The notes under the pieces are model-generated. The model did no database searches. It saw only the letters and a list, made by a program, of their open reading frames with translations, and was not told the origin of the DNA. A DNA stretch of 64,000 nt from Felis catus (taxonomy: Eukaryota). The DNA lies in NCBI RefSeq assembly GCF_018350175.1, contig NC_058368.1, forward strand, positions 132,930,001 through 132,994,000, read 5' to 3'. Positions 1 to 12,595 of the stretch are shown piece by piece (position 1 is the first letter of the stretch; each line of letters opens with the position of its first letter). The position numbers and the translations under genes are program-made.

Positions 1-334
1 ACATCTAGGAGGCTACAGCTCCCAGACACCCGTGTAGTATAATTCATGAAGAAGGAAGTCTGCTCAGCAGTTGAAAGTACTGCCCATGTCAAAGATTAGG
101 ACAGACCATTTGCCCTTCTTTCTTTTGCTCTCTCATTTTTTGCATTCATTTTATCATTAAGTCCTGTTAGTGCCAAAATTTCTTTCAAATTCTTTATTTC
201 TTTATCAGCAGTCATCACTGCCATTGGCTAAGGACAGATAAAGCTTTTTCATTAGGACTATTAGGATAGCTAGATCCCTTTCTGCCGGTTTCTTTCTCTT
301 CCCATATATTCTTAATACCAGAGTTACCATTTTA

Positions 335-553
335 TTTTTGTATTTTTTAAATGTTTATATATTTTTGAGAGATACAGCATGAGTGGGGGAGGGGCAGAGA
401 GAGAGACAGAATCCAACGCAGGCTCCAGGTTCTGAGCTCTGAGCTGTCAGCACAGAGCCCAAACCTTGACACAGGGCTTGAACCCACGAACTGTGGGATC
501 ATGACTTGAGCCGAAGTCAGATGCCCAACTGGCTGAGCCACCCAGGTGCCCCC
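335..553 (-). mobile_element. Can-SINE (feliform type)
   Basis: tRNA-derived head, (CT)n, A tail; TSD ccagagtta(c/t)catttta. Confidence 0.95.
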
Positions 554-851
554 AGAGTTATCATTTTAAAAGATAATCTCATGTTGCGAGTTCCTGGCTT
601 GGCAACGTCCAATAATGACCAACACATAATTTCCTACTCAGTCCAACCTAACTTTTCTGTCTCCTGCCAGTTATCTGAGCTCCAACTACATGGAGTTGAC
701 ATGCTTTACATACCTTCTCTTATTTCCATGCTTTCCTCTGTTCAGAATGTCATTCCTGTCTTACTTCACCCTTCACTTCTCTTACTTCCACTTTTACTTT
801 GTCTGACTATTCTAATTAGAAGTCTTTTTCCATTGTAGTACAGTCCTACAA

Positions 852-1168
852 ATGGGATTTGGCAAACTATGTATGGCCTGTGGCCTATATCTGGCCCACT
901 GCCTGTCTTTTATATGGCTTGCAAGCTAAGAACAGCTTTTATGTTATTAAAGGGTTGAATAAAAATCAAAAGAATATTTCACAACATGTGAAAAATTAGG
1001 TGAAATTCAGTTTTTCTGGCACATAGCCACAGTCATTTGTTTACATGTTGTCTGTGGCAAAGTTGTGCTACAGTGACAGAGTTGGGTAGTTGAAGAGACC
1101 TTTAGGGCCCTTGAAGTGTAACATATTTATGATCTGGCATTTTTACTGAAATAGTTTGCTGACCCTAG
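852..1168. mobile_element. MER58-like hAT-Charlie MITE
   Basis: Terminal inverted repeats ggcaaacta / tagtttgctgaccc; internal text resembles MER58B. Confidence 0.8.
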
Positions 1169-1942
1169 TCCATGTCTTTATTATGTCACTTGTGAGTACC
1201 TAAAAGTCTTAGCACTTTTAACAGAACAGTTTTTAAGAATTTTTGTTTATTTTCATCCTTAACTATGAATAATTTAACGTGCAAAAGATTTGTTTTTATA
1301 TAGAGAGTATGCGCATTGTTAAAATTTTTGTATAAATGTTTGTTCACTACCAGGTCCTCCTCCCTCCCCTGCACCCCCTTTCACTTAGTAGCACTCAGTG
1401 GCAGATAATCTGGGATAGTTGCCAAATATTAGAGAAAAATTCATGGAGATTAATAAAAAATTCTGTCTTCAAATTGGGCAAAAATTGCCATGAATTCATT
1501 TTAATAGAAGAATGCCTCAGTCCTTCTGATTCCTTGGAACCTGATAATTTTAGAATAAATTTGAGAAATTCAGAAGGGACTTTTTTTGGAGCACCTTCGC
1601 TAAACAAGTTTTTCTAAGACAGGGATTATGTTTTATTCATTTTTGTATTTGTAGCACTTGACATAGTAACAGCACATAGTAATCATTAATACACCTGAAT
1701 TAAGGCCTACCACAGAATTTTATCCCATAGCCATTCGACATATTGTTAATAATTACCATAGTTTTATTGCCATATCTTGAAAAATTTAAGTCATATACTA
1801 GTTTTAGTCAATATTACCATAAAAAAGTTTCATCCATGTTCTAAATATTCTTTTCTCTTTGAAGTTCTTATGAGTTAATATGTATTCATTTAAAGAAACC
1901 AAAATTTATTTAAATATTTTCTTTCTTTTTTCTTTACATTAG

Positions 1943-2057
1943 GAATCTGAAGAACTTTCTTCTGATGAAGAGATGAAAATGGCAGAGATGCGACCACCGT
2001 TAATTGAAAGCTCTATTAACCAGCCAAAAGTTGTAGCTCTTAGTAATAACAAAAAAG
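1943..2057 (+). CDS. ERBIN: ERBIN coding exon, 115 bp (ESEELSSDEEMKMAEMRPPLIESSINQPKVVALSNNKK)
   Basis: Pyrimidine tract + tag acceptor at 1940-1942; donor AAG|gttaga; phase joins the next exon (G+AT=Asp). Confidence 0.95.
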
Positions 2058-3159
2058 GTTAGATGTTGAAAGCACTAGGAATAGAAATGGGCTGGATTTA
2101 TCAAATATATAAATTTTTTTGAAATAAATTTCACTAAATATCATTATGTTACTTAAAACACTTTTTAGAAACAATTTTTAAAACATGCTTTTTTAAAAGT
2201 TCTGTTCCTCATCTTCCTAGTTCTTAAAGAAGAATATTGTTAGATTTTTTTTCTCTTCCCTCATACAAGTTTACTTATAAGGTCATGGGCTTCACAGGCA
2301 CACAAAACTGGATTATGATTCCATTTCTGCCACTTACTTACCATGTAATCCTTGAGCTACTTAATTCTATCCATATGAAGTTACCTGACTTGACATATGC
2401 TGAGGCTAATGAAGGACTTTATGAGTATCAGATGTACTAGATTATTCATTGTACTCAGATCTAGCTCTGTATCTGATGTAGAATAGCTGCTTATTGTTGT
2501 TTTTCTGTCCTAGAACTCTTTTTTACACCATTCCCACACCCTAGCCATTTTTCACGTAACATAGAATCTCAGGCCCTTCTTAGAAATGAAAGGGAATTTG
2601 AAGGGTATCTATCCTTTCCTTTCATCCTTGTCTCACTCCTCCCCATAAGTGCCTGAACTGGTCTGTAGTATCTCTACCAAATATTTATCCAGCCTTTGCC
2701 TTTATGGCATTAATGAAACTTACTATCCAGCTGGCCCTTAGATAGTTTAGGTTTCATGATAATAGTGGTAGTGATATTTGAGTACTTACTAGTTGCTGCT
2801 TATTACTATGCTAAATATTTTACATATTACTTTCTAACTGTCACAATGAGGTAGAAGAAGAGGAATATGTCTAGGAAAGAACTTACCTGCCATCTTGTTT
2901 AACGATATTTTAAAAATTAAAAACCCAGCACCCAAATACCTTAAAATTGAAGATCCTGAGCCCTATGTACTATTACTGCCAACTGTAAACACAAATTCAG
3001 ACTAATTGAACTGTGTTCCTTTTGGAACAAAAAAAATATTTTTAATTCATACAATCTCCTATTTCTGTGTCTATATATACAGTTTCTATGATTTGGGTAG
3101 AATTACATTAGTTAAAAACAGCCTTTAAGGGTTGTAAAAATACTGTTATTATCTTCTTT

Positions 3160-3262
3160 TGTTTTGTTTTTAAGTAAGCTCTGTGCCCAACTTGGAGCTT
3201 GAAGTCCTGACCCTGAGTTCCACAGTCGCGTGCTCCACCAACTGAGCCAGCCAAGTGCCCAA
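3160..3262 (-). mobile_element. Short old Can-SINE
   Basis: ctgagccagccaagtgccc head motif on the minus strand. Confidence 0.8.
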
Positions 3263-3625
3263 GTTATTATCTTTTCATTATTACTTAAAAAAAAAATAAT
3301 ACTTTTTAATGTACCTGTCTATAATGGAGTATAAATATTGTCTATTTCTGTTTATATAAAAAAAAAGCCATTTCATATATTGATAGTTTATTTTTTCATA
3401 TGCAGTTCTTTGAAATGGCTTAAAAACAGGAAAAGAGAGCTGACCTTGTGAAAACTCCTTGATTGGTAATTTTTTTTAATTAACTGTATTGCTCATTTTT
3501 ATTTTCAGGATAGATCAAAACGGTTGCATACATGTATGAAATAATTTCTTCCCTGGATAAATTTACCTAAGCTGTGAACTATACTATTTATTCTTTATTA
3601 TTATGACTTTTTAAAGTAATGAATG

Positions 3626-3720
3626 TGGGGGCACCTGGCTGGCTTAGTCAGTAGGGCATGCAACTCTTGATCTCTGGGTTGTGAGTTCAAGCCTCACATT
3701 GGGCATAGAGCCTACTTTCA
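3626..3720 (+). mobile_element. Short old Can-SINE
   Basis: ggggcacctggctggcttagtc head; B-box gagttcaagcc. Confidence 0.85.
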
Positions 3721-4074
3721 AAAGACAATTGTAACTGAGTGGAAGAGCCATAGTCACTAAAATTAATTGATGTCCTTAGAAAAACATTGTGTAATATCAT
3801 CTTGCCAGTAGTAAAAACTAAATCAAATTGTCAAAAACTAATGGTATAACATATGTTATATTTGTCAAAAACTAATGGTATTACGAGTTTTAAATTCTTT
3901 AATCTTTGTGTGTATTAGGACTGAATTTTCAAAAGTGGTTTTGGTTGTCTTTTTATCCATATAATTTTTTATATATTTGAACCAGTACAATATAAATGCC
4001 ATTTGTCTTCACTTCAAAGTATTAAACACAAATTCTTAGTGACTTTATCAACGGCTTAAGTTTTTTTGTTTCAG

Positions 4075-4261
4075 ATGATACAAAGGATACAGATTCTTTA
4101 TCAGATGAAGTTACACACAATAGCAATCAGAATAACAGCAACTGTTCTTCTCCATCTCGGATGTCTGATTCAGTTTCTCTTAATACTGATAGTAGTCAAG
4201 ATACCTCACTCTGCTCTCCAATGAAACAAACCCATATTGGTGGTATTAATTCCAAAATCAG
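4075..4261 (+). CDS. ERBIN: ERBIN coding exon, 187 bp (DTKDTDSLSDEVTHNSNQNNSNCSSPSRMSDSVSLNTDSSQDTSLCSP...SKI)
   Basis: tttttttgtttcag acceptor; CAG|gtttgt donor; open frame with compatible phases on both sides. Confidence 0.95.
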
Positions 4262-4465
4262 GTTTGTGACATCTTAACAGAATAATTTTTTTGTACAATA
4301 GAGATAATAAGGCAAATCAATATATGGACTAAAACCAAAGATTTCACAAATTAATATTTTAGAAGTAGATCAGGTAGTGTATGGTTTCTTCTCCATTTTA
4401 TTACTAATTACTTAACTTTTCTACATTTCCATTTTAAATTAGTTTTTTAAATGGGGAAGAAGAAG

Positions 4466-4570
4466 GGACCAGGCTGGCTCAGTCCGAACAGTTTGTGACT
4501 CTTGATCACTGGGTTCTGGGTTCAAGCCTCACATGGGTGTAGGGATTACTAAAAAAAATAAACTTAAAAA
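4466..4570 (+). mobile_element. Short old Can-SINE
   Basis: ggctggctcagtc head; TSD-like taaatggggaagaa on both sides. Confidence 0.85.
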
Positions 4571-6250
4571 TATAAATGGGGAAGAAAAGACTTAAAATAT
4601 CCTAATTCTCCTCATTAAAAAGTTGAACACTTTTATGATATTTTTAGGTATTACAACATAAATAGCTTGTTTGGAGTAATTCAAGTTGAATTAAGTATTT
4701 TTTAGATACTCTTTTTGGGGGAGTGTCATTAAAGAGCATTCAGCACTTTAATTACTTCTGTATCTTTGACTTAGACTTAAATTTGTAGGTCAGACTCTGA
4801 AACAAGACTTAATTCCTACAGGCTGAAATTAGCTGAAGTTTAAAACATCTATTATTTGAGCTCTCAATATATTTCGCTATCAAAATAAGACTGTTGTTTT
4901 ACTTTCATGTTACAATATATCAGCTAGGTGCTTATTAGAAAGATTTGGGTTTCTACTGAACCCACAGCTAATTGTGTAGAAACTGTTGACTACTTTTTAG
5001 AGGCAAATGATTCTTAAATTCCAGGCATCTTAAGTCAAATTTGGTATTTATTGATTTGAATTGTTGTAAAAGGAAAATGAATTTTATGTCTCAAAATGAG
5101 TTTAGCCGTTATGTAGTTGTAATTATGATTATTTATGTTTTCTGAATTTGAGACTAAAACCTAGTGGTAAAATAATAATTTTTATAACCTCTTAGATGTT
5201 AAAATAATGAGTAATTTCTTGAATAATAAAATGTTACTGATATTTTGTTGGGAATTACTTGAGTATTTTATAAATCATGTTTTTTATGTAATGAAATAAA
5301 GGCTAAGAAAGGGATATATCCACAACTTTCTTTGTTGTATTTCTAATAATATAGTCTATTACCCAATGGGAAGATGAATACTAAGGAATACTTGTTGAAA
5401 CATAACTTGAATATTTATACAAAATGACACAAATATGTTTTCATATTTGTGTGAAATAGATTTTTTTATTTCTACCAAGTAGAAATAAAATGTTTTCTGT
5501 AATTTTGGAAGAGCACATTTATAAATATTTGCCAAATAAAATGAAGTCATTTAGACATCATTAGATTTAGTTTTGCTTTTGATCTTCAAATTATTTTTTC
5601 AATGTTGCATTTTTTATTTTATTTTTTTAAATCAACATACAGTAAAATAGAATTTTTGTTGAGTTCTACAAGTTTTGTTTTTAGTATTGTTGATTGTCTT
5701 TACATTTTGTAGATCTTTGAGTAATTGTTTATTTCTTACCTTTTTATAATGTATTTATGTATTTGAATCTAATACTTAGTTAATGATTAACTATAGTTAA
5801 TAATTATTAGTAATTATTATTAACTGCAGTTAATGTAAGGTTTCAGAATTATTTGTAAAAATGTTTCGTGCTCTTCACTCAACACTTGAAGTCATTGGCT
5901 TTCCATGTATCTATCTATCTTTCAAGCATTTCATGTTTTAGCATTCGTGAAAACGTGCATAAGTCCATTTTTCTTCACCATTTAGCCTTATTAATCTATA
6001 TCGTGGCAAAGTGATTGGTATTATTGATTGTGAATTTTAATTAATGTTTTACTTATCTCCATTTAATGTAAATTTACATTACTTTATTATTCGATAATAT
6101 TTTAAAATAACATACTAATAAATGACTTTCGTCTTTGACTCTCATCAGCTCTTTTAACTTTGTGTAGCTACACATTAATTAGTTATTAATGTTTTTGTTA
6201 CTAAGAAACTTGGCTTTATGATGTTTATGATAACATTATCTTTGTTTTAG

Positions 6251-7796
6251 GCAAGAAGATGAAAATTTTAACAGCCTTTTACAAAATGGAGATATTTTAA
6301 ATCATTCAACAGAAGAAAACTACCAGGTTCATGATAAAAAAGATTTTAACTTACCTGAATATGATTTGAATATTGAAGAACAATTAGTTCTTATTGAGAA
6401 AGGTGTTGACTCAACAGCCACATCTGATGAATCTCACAAATTAGACCATATCAATATGAATCTTAATAAACTTGTAACTAACGATACATTTCAACCAGAA
6501 ATAGTGGAAAGATCCAAGACACAAGATATAGTGCTTGGAACGGACTTTTTAAGCATTAATGCTAAAGGAGAAGCTGAGCACTTGGAAAATGGAAATAAGT
6601 ATCCTAATCTGGAATGTGTAAATAAGACAAATGGACATCCTGAGGACACTCCACAGTCCCCTAGGAGGACTGAACCACATGACACTGATTCGTCTGTTGA
6701 TATGGGTATTTCCAAAAGCACTGAAGATCTCTCCCCTCAGAGAAGTGGGCCAATTGGATCTGTTGTGAAATCTCATAGTATAACTAATATGGAGACTGGA
6801 GGACTAAAAATCTATGACATTGTTAGTGACAATGGACCACAGCAGCCAAGTACAACAGTTAAAGTAACATCTACTGTTGATGGAAAAAATATTGTCAGGA
6901 GCAAGTCTGCTACACTTTTGTATGATCAACCATTGCAAGTATTTACTGGTTCTTCTTCATCTTCTGATTTAATATCAGGTACAAAGGCAATTTTCAAGTT
7001 TGATTCAAATCATAATCCTGAAGAGCCAAATATAGTAAGAGGCTCCACAATAAGTGGCCCACAATCTACACCTCAAATATATGGTCCTCCACAATATAAT
7101 ATTCAATACAGTAGCAGTGCTGCTGTCAAGGACACTATGTGGCACAGCAAACAAAATCCCCAGATAGATCATGTCAGTTTTCCTCCTCAGCGCCTTCCTA
7201 GATCAGAGAGCACAGAAAATCACGGTTACGCTAAGCATTCTGCCAATATGAATTTCTCTAACCATAACAATGTTCGAGCTAGTACTGGATACCATTTACA
7301 TCAGAGAATGGGCCCAGGAAGACATGGGGAAGTGTGGGCCATCTCACCAAATGAACGACTCATTCCTGGAGCAACTCGAACTACGATTCAGCGACAAAGT
7401 AGTGTGTCCTCTACAGCTTCTGTAAATCTTGGTGAGTCAGGTCCCACAAGGCGGGCCCAAATTCCAGAAGGAGATTATTTGTCGTACAGAGAGTTACATT
7501 CAGTGGGAAGAACTCCAGTGATGTCAGGATCACAGAGACCTCTTTCTGCACGAACATACAGCATCGATGGTCCAAATGCATCAAGGCCTCAGAGTGCTCG
7601 ACCCTCCATTAGTGAAATACCAGAGAGAACTATGTCAGTTAGTGATTTTAATTATTCACGGACTAGCCCTTCAAAAAGACCAAATGCAAGAGTTGGTTCT
7701 GAGCATTCTTTATTAGATCCTCCAGGAAAAAGTAAAGTTCCTCATGACTGGCGAGAGCAAGTACTACGACACATCGAGGCCAAAAAATTAGAAAAG
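6251..7796 (+). CDS. ERBIN: ERBIN large internal exon, 1546 bp (QEDENFNSLLQNG...RHIEAKKLEK)
   Basis: tttgttttag acceptor; AAG|gtaatt donor; overlaps ORF 6366..7907; recognisable ERBIN linker (VRSKSATLLYDQPLQVF, DWREQVLRHIEAKKLEK). Confidence 0.98.
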
Positions 7797-10700
7797 GTAA
7801 TTAAATACGAATTTTTCATTTTCCTCTCTATGAATTTATTTTTCTTAAAAATATTTGGTATTCTTTGTTTTTTAAACAAGGTGATACAAGATGCTCTGAA
7901 TTACTGAATACATACTTAACATTTGAGGAGTTTTTTTCTTAGTGTTTACAATAGAGTGTAAGTTTAGACTTAGCCAGACTCAAAAACAACTGAGATAGTA
8001 GTGTATGCTTCTTTTCTGCCTCTTATTCCCCAGTGTTTTCTAATGATCTTAAATTCATTGCCTGTGTTTATGTGCGTATCTCTTTTAGATTCTGCCACAC
8101 ATACTGTATATAATACATGTGTATACATGTGTACCTCCTTTTAGCAGTTTTTGACCTCCTGCTCTCGTCTATTAATTATTGTTGGTTATGTAAATATGTG
8201 TATAAAAATACAACTATATAGTTAGAAAAATAACAAGAAATACAAATATTTCATCTAAGATTTTTTTCCCCAGAGAATGTTAAAAGACTAACACTGTCAC
8301 TGACATAGATGGCTTCTGGCACAGCATTTATTCTTGACTTTTTTGAACTGCATTTCTGACTTCTCTGACCTCAAGTGTCTGTCGCTCTAATGAAGTTTAG
8401 AAATGATTGGTAAAACAACTTAGGCCTCTCTTCAGTTTAACTTCACATGTAGATGTCATTTTTTTGAAAGGAGTTAAAATTTTTTTAAATTATATAAAAC
8501 TGATAAATTAGTGTCACAGTTCTTTGGCTTTGGCTCAGGTGTATGGGGCACATTTTTAAAGATTTAATTTCATATCTCTCAGCAGTTTTTACCCAAGAAT
8601 TTTGTTATCTCTGCTTATTAAACATGTTTTTTAAAACAGCTAAATGTATACAACCTCAATTAGTCATTTAAAAAAAATTCCCTAGGTCTAATTTTTTTAG
8701 AAGTAAACCCGTAAAATATGATTAGTACCATATGTCAATTTGCATTAAACTTCTGCCTGTAATTATTAGCTCTTTTCAGTGCTGTCTTCCCAACTTTAAA
8801 TAGCTGTGCATCTAATGGTCTTAGGCAACCTCATTCTCTTCCATTTTGTTTCAGTATAACTGTATAAATTGTTGGTTCTTTGGACTTGTGTGCCTTTTCT
8901 AAGGAATTTGGAAATTTCTTAAGCAGAGGAATACCACAGCTGTTTTATAAGTAAACTTCTGGAGATAATATGGAATTGGAAGGAGGGAGGGCTATAGTTT
9001 TTTGTTGTTGTTTTGTTTTTTTGAGAAGGAAGAGGCTACAGTTAAGTTGATTGAGCTATGAGGCTATCTAGTGGTCCAGAAAATAAATGAGAAATGTTTC
9101 GAAGGAACTGAGACAAAGGCAAGAATTCAAGACACCGTTTTGAAACACACTTTATAATATCTGACTCGTGATTGGAATATTCCTCTAATAATAAGTCTTT
9201 GAGGAAAAGGGATTAAGCTTGAGTGGTGCCTTGAATGACTGGTTGTTGGGATTGCCAGAATAGAGAAGGAATAACAGATTTGGATAAAGAGATGAGTCTG
9301 GTTATCATTATATTCTATAGAGTTGACATGTCAGGAGCTATTCTCCCACTACTGTCTGACGGAGATATACCTAGACTTTAGTTATCAGGAAGCAGGTAGC
9401 AGCTACCCCATTGTTCATTGTATCTCTCTGCTTTTTATATTTAGAAATTTGCTGTACAATTACTTGAGGAGTACATGCCAGTAGTTTCCCACTTGTGCCC
9501 ACTGGTAATTTAGAAGTGAAAATTAGTCCAAGGAAACTAAGAAAAGCCTTGTGAGGACACAGAGCAACATGATTTAGACCAAACACTTGAAAGCTTTGGT
9601 TGAAAATGGTGGAGGGTGATGGAAAATCTCTTTTGCTCCTCTGCAATTCCTCTTCCTCCCCCAAATATAATTCTGATGGCAGGTAGACATTTGAAAAATT
9701 TCCCCAGGGAATTTCACAATGCCCAACCCTCCCTTTAGAGGTAAGTCCCCAAATCATAAGTTGCTACTTTGCCCAGCTTAGTTGTTTAGCATTAATACAA
9801 TGATTAGATAAGTTAAAGCTTACTTGGTTTTTAAACCTTGTTATAGTAACTTTCCTTCCTGTCCCTGCAACAAAACTGTACCTGAAACCCAAACATGTGA
9901 TTATATCTCACCTCATTCTTCTCAAGACTTGTTTAATTAAACTAATGATTCTTATAAGAAGCCCTCAACCAGAATATGATTAATGTAACATGAAAATTGC
10001 CACATTCATTTGCTTTTATACAGCTGTTAGCCTGTAGGGAACATCAGTGTCCAGGACATATTCCTTAACTGAGCTCTGCACAATGTGTTGTGTTGTAACA
10101 GGATGCAGTTTTATATGGACGTCTATGTACAACCCTGAATTACAAACCAGATGTGTTCTGAGCGTCAGCCTTCTTAGTCAGTGAAATATTTACAAAAACC
10201 TTACATATGTTCAAAGACAACAGAAAAAGCTTTGATTCCTGGATTTACATATCATTAAAAAGGGTCATTTGGGCCATTCAAGTTAAGAACATATTAAAAT
10301 TGTGTGTAACACATGAGTATGTGTTGTTTATGTTGGGGCGGGGGGGGTTAGTGTGTGTAATTTCTTTATTTTTACATTCTAATCAAATGTTTATGGAACC
10401 TCTGAATTGCCACTGCCAAATCCTTGTTGTTTGTGAAATGGTCTGGGAAAGTATAGTTGTGGCCTCTTAAGTTTAGCTTTTTCTTTACTCATTACTTTGG
10501 AATCCACAAAATAACTAAAAGAGTGCATTGTAATTTTATAGATCTCTTTCATTCTGGAAGGCCATATTAATGTTTCTTGATATTAGAGATCAACTTCATA
10601 ATCGGGAGAAGGTATATAGGTTCTCTGAGAGTAATATAGAAATGCTTGTAAGCTTACAAGCTTGTAATGACAGCATACACATATAATGCTTACAAGCATT

Positions 10701-11715
10701 TCTATACTTCTTGATAAGCAAGCCGTGCTCAAAGTGTGGTTACTCCCAATTTAACCATAAGACCATCCAATATTCAGGGACATAAGTAAAAGCATCCACA
10801 TGAAAAAACAGCATTTAACAGCTCTAGGAGTAAACAAGCAGGAACAATGAAAATCAGGCATTCTGTTTATTGAGGTACATTTTTTAGGCAGCTCTGGGAT
10901 TAGTGATTGGGCATTCATGTAAACTCAGTCTGCATGAAGATTCCATCAGTGATTCTTCAAGTTTAAGCAGCAAATGCCACTGCTAACTCCTAAAATCTTA
11001 AGTATCTATTTATTTGAATGGGAAATTTTTTTTACAAGTACATTTTCTAGGGGTTTTTTTCTTCTGGTAATTTGAGAGCAGGGAGAGCCTTGTAAATGCT
11101 ATATACTAAAACTTTGTGTTATATACTAGAACTATGTTAACCTTTTTTCTAACGTAAGACATGTTTCTAAATGTAGAAGGTAATTTTTTTTTAGAGATGG
11201 TAATGGCCAAAAAAAAAAAAGAAAGAAAGAAACAAAGAAAGAAAGAAAGAAATTGCAGTGGCCAAAAGCCAAGTGTTTTTTGCCGATAATATTTTGTGCT
11301 ATGTACGTATGTTTAAACTGAAACTGAGAAATCAGCTTGTATTCCTTATAGAACTACACATATATACATACATTTAAGTTTGACATCAATTCCTGTTTTC
11401 TGATAAACTTCCAATAAGATGTATTAGGAGTAAAGGAAATAATTGCATTGTAAAAGACACTATATGTTTGTACTTTCTTTAGTGTTTAAACATGTGAATG
11501 GTTGGATTTACATGTACTTTATGTGTATATGTGTATGTTGTCATGTAAATAATATGGTAAATAGTGCCAATTTCTTGCAGTGGCACTGAAAATTCAGTGC
11601 ATGATATTCCTGTGTGGTATTGGGGTTACTTATAAATACGTCTATGTACATAACATGTCTTGTGAATTTTGCATGCTACACTAATCTCTGTTAAATCTAT
11701 CCCCTCTTTATTCAG

Positions 11716-11859
11716 AGCATGCTGTCAAGGTCCTTTAATTCCAATTTTACTGCTGTAAGCAACTTTCACTATGGCAGCTCTAGGGATCTGCATGGCAGCC
11801 AAGGCAGCCTTGCCTTGAGTGTTGCAGACGGAAGAGGTTCTGGTGGGCACATTTTTCGA
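11716..11859 (+). CDS. ERBIN: ERBIN alternative cassette exon, 144 bp / 48 aa (SMLSRSFNSNF...GSGGHIFR)
   Basis: ctctttattcag acceptor; CGA|gtgagt donor; phase 0-0; resembles a known ERBIN isoform insert (from memory). Confidence 0.9.
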
Positions 11860-12407
11860 GTGAGTACCTGTAGTAGACCAGTACTTTTAGTACACAGAAG
11901 AGAAAAAAAGACCCCACATTTTAATGCTTTCATGTTTTTAGAAAATACGTTTTTACTGTGGGTTAGATACTTTGATAACCTTCTGGTTCTTCCATGGCTT
12001 AGTTCTAAAACTTTCTGCAAAGCCGATTTAGTATTTATCTCTCAAGTTTCTCTGGCCATCAGCTAAGGATGTAGTCTGCTCTTGTTTATGTAAATAGGGG
12101 TGAGCAATAGGAATAACTGAGAGTTGGTTTTTTTTCTTATTATGCTTTATGGTGTTTTCTCTTAATAAAATTAACTAACTCTCCCTAAATCAAGGTTTAA
12201 GGCTATGCTGTATATAGTACACAGTGGGGTTGTGGGGAAGAATAATTTTTAGTGATTGAGAATTGGCAGATGAAAAGCACTGCCTGGAAGTAAGTTTAAT
12301 CACAGTTTGCTAGATAGAATTAAATGTGAGACTGGAGAAATTCTAAGAAATACCAATGAAAAGGCAAAAGCCAAATTCTTTTATTAATGGTTAATAGTCA
12401 TTAACGG

Positions 12408-12410
12408 TAT

Positions 12411-12445
<35 letters not shown>

Positions 12446-12595
12446 TTGAGAAAGAGAGAGAATCCCAAGCAGACTCCTCCTCATTCAATGCAGAGCCTGC
12501 CTGACACGGAGCTCAATCCCATAAACCATGAGATCAAGACCTGAGCTGAGATAAAGAGTTGAATGTTTAACCGACTGAGCCAACCAAGCTCCCCA
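12408..12595 (-). mobile_element. Can-SINE with (TTTA)n tail
   Basis: Head and tail motifs. Confidence 0.9.

Noticed and set aside
7797..7907. Extension of the 513-aa ORF (VIKYEFFIF...)
   Set aside because: Read-through past a good donor (AAG|gtaatt) into intron; the ORF start at 6366 is also internal to the exon.
9061..9080. CTCF-like motif (ccactagatagc on the minus strand)
   Set aside because: Mismatch at a core position and no supporting evidence.
9371..9757. 128-aa antisense ORF in an ERBIN intron
   Set aside because: No recognisable domain or splice structure; compatible with chance.
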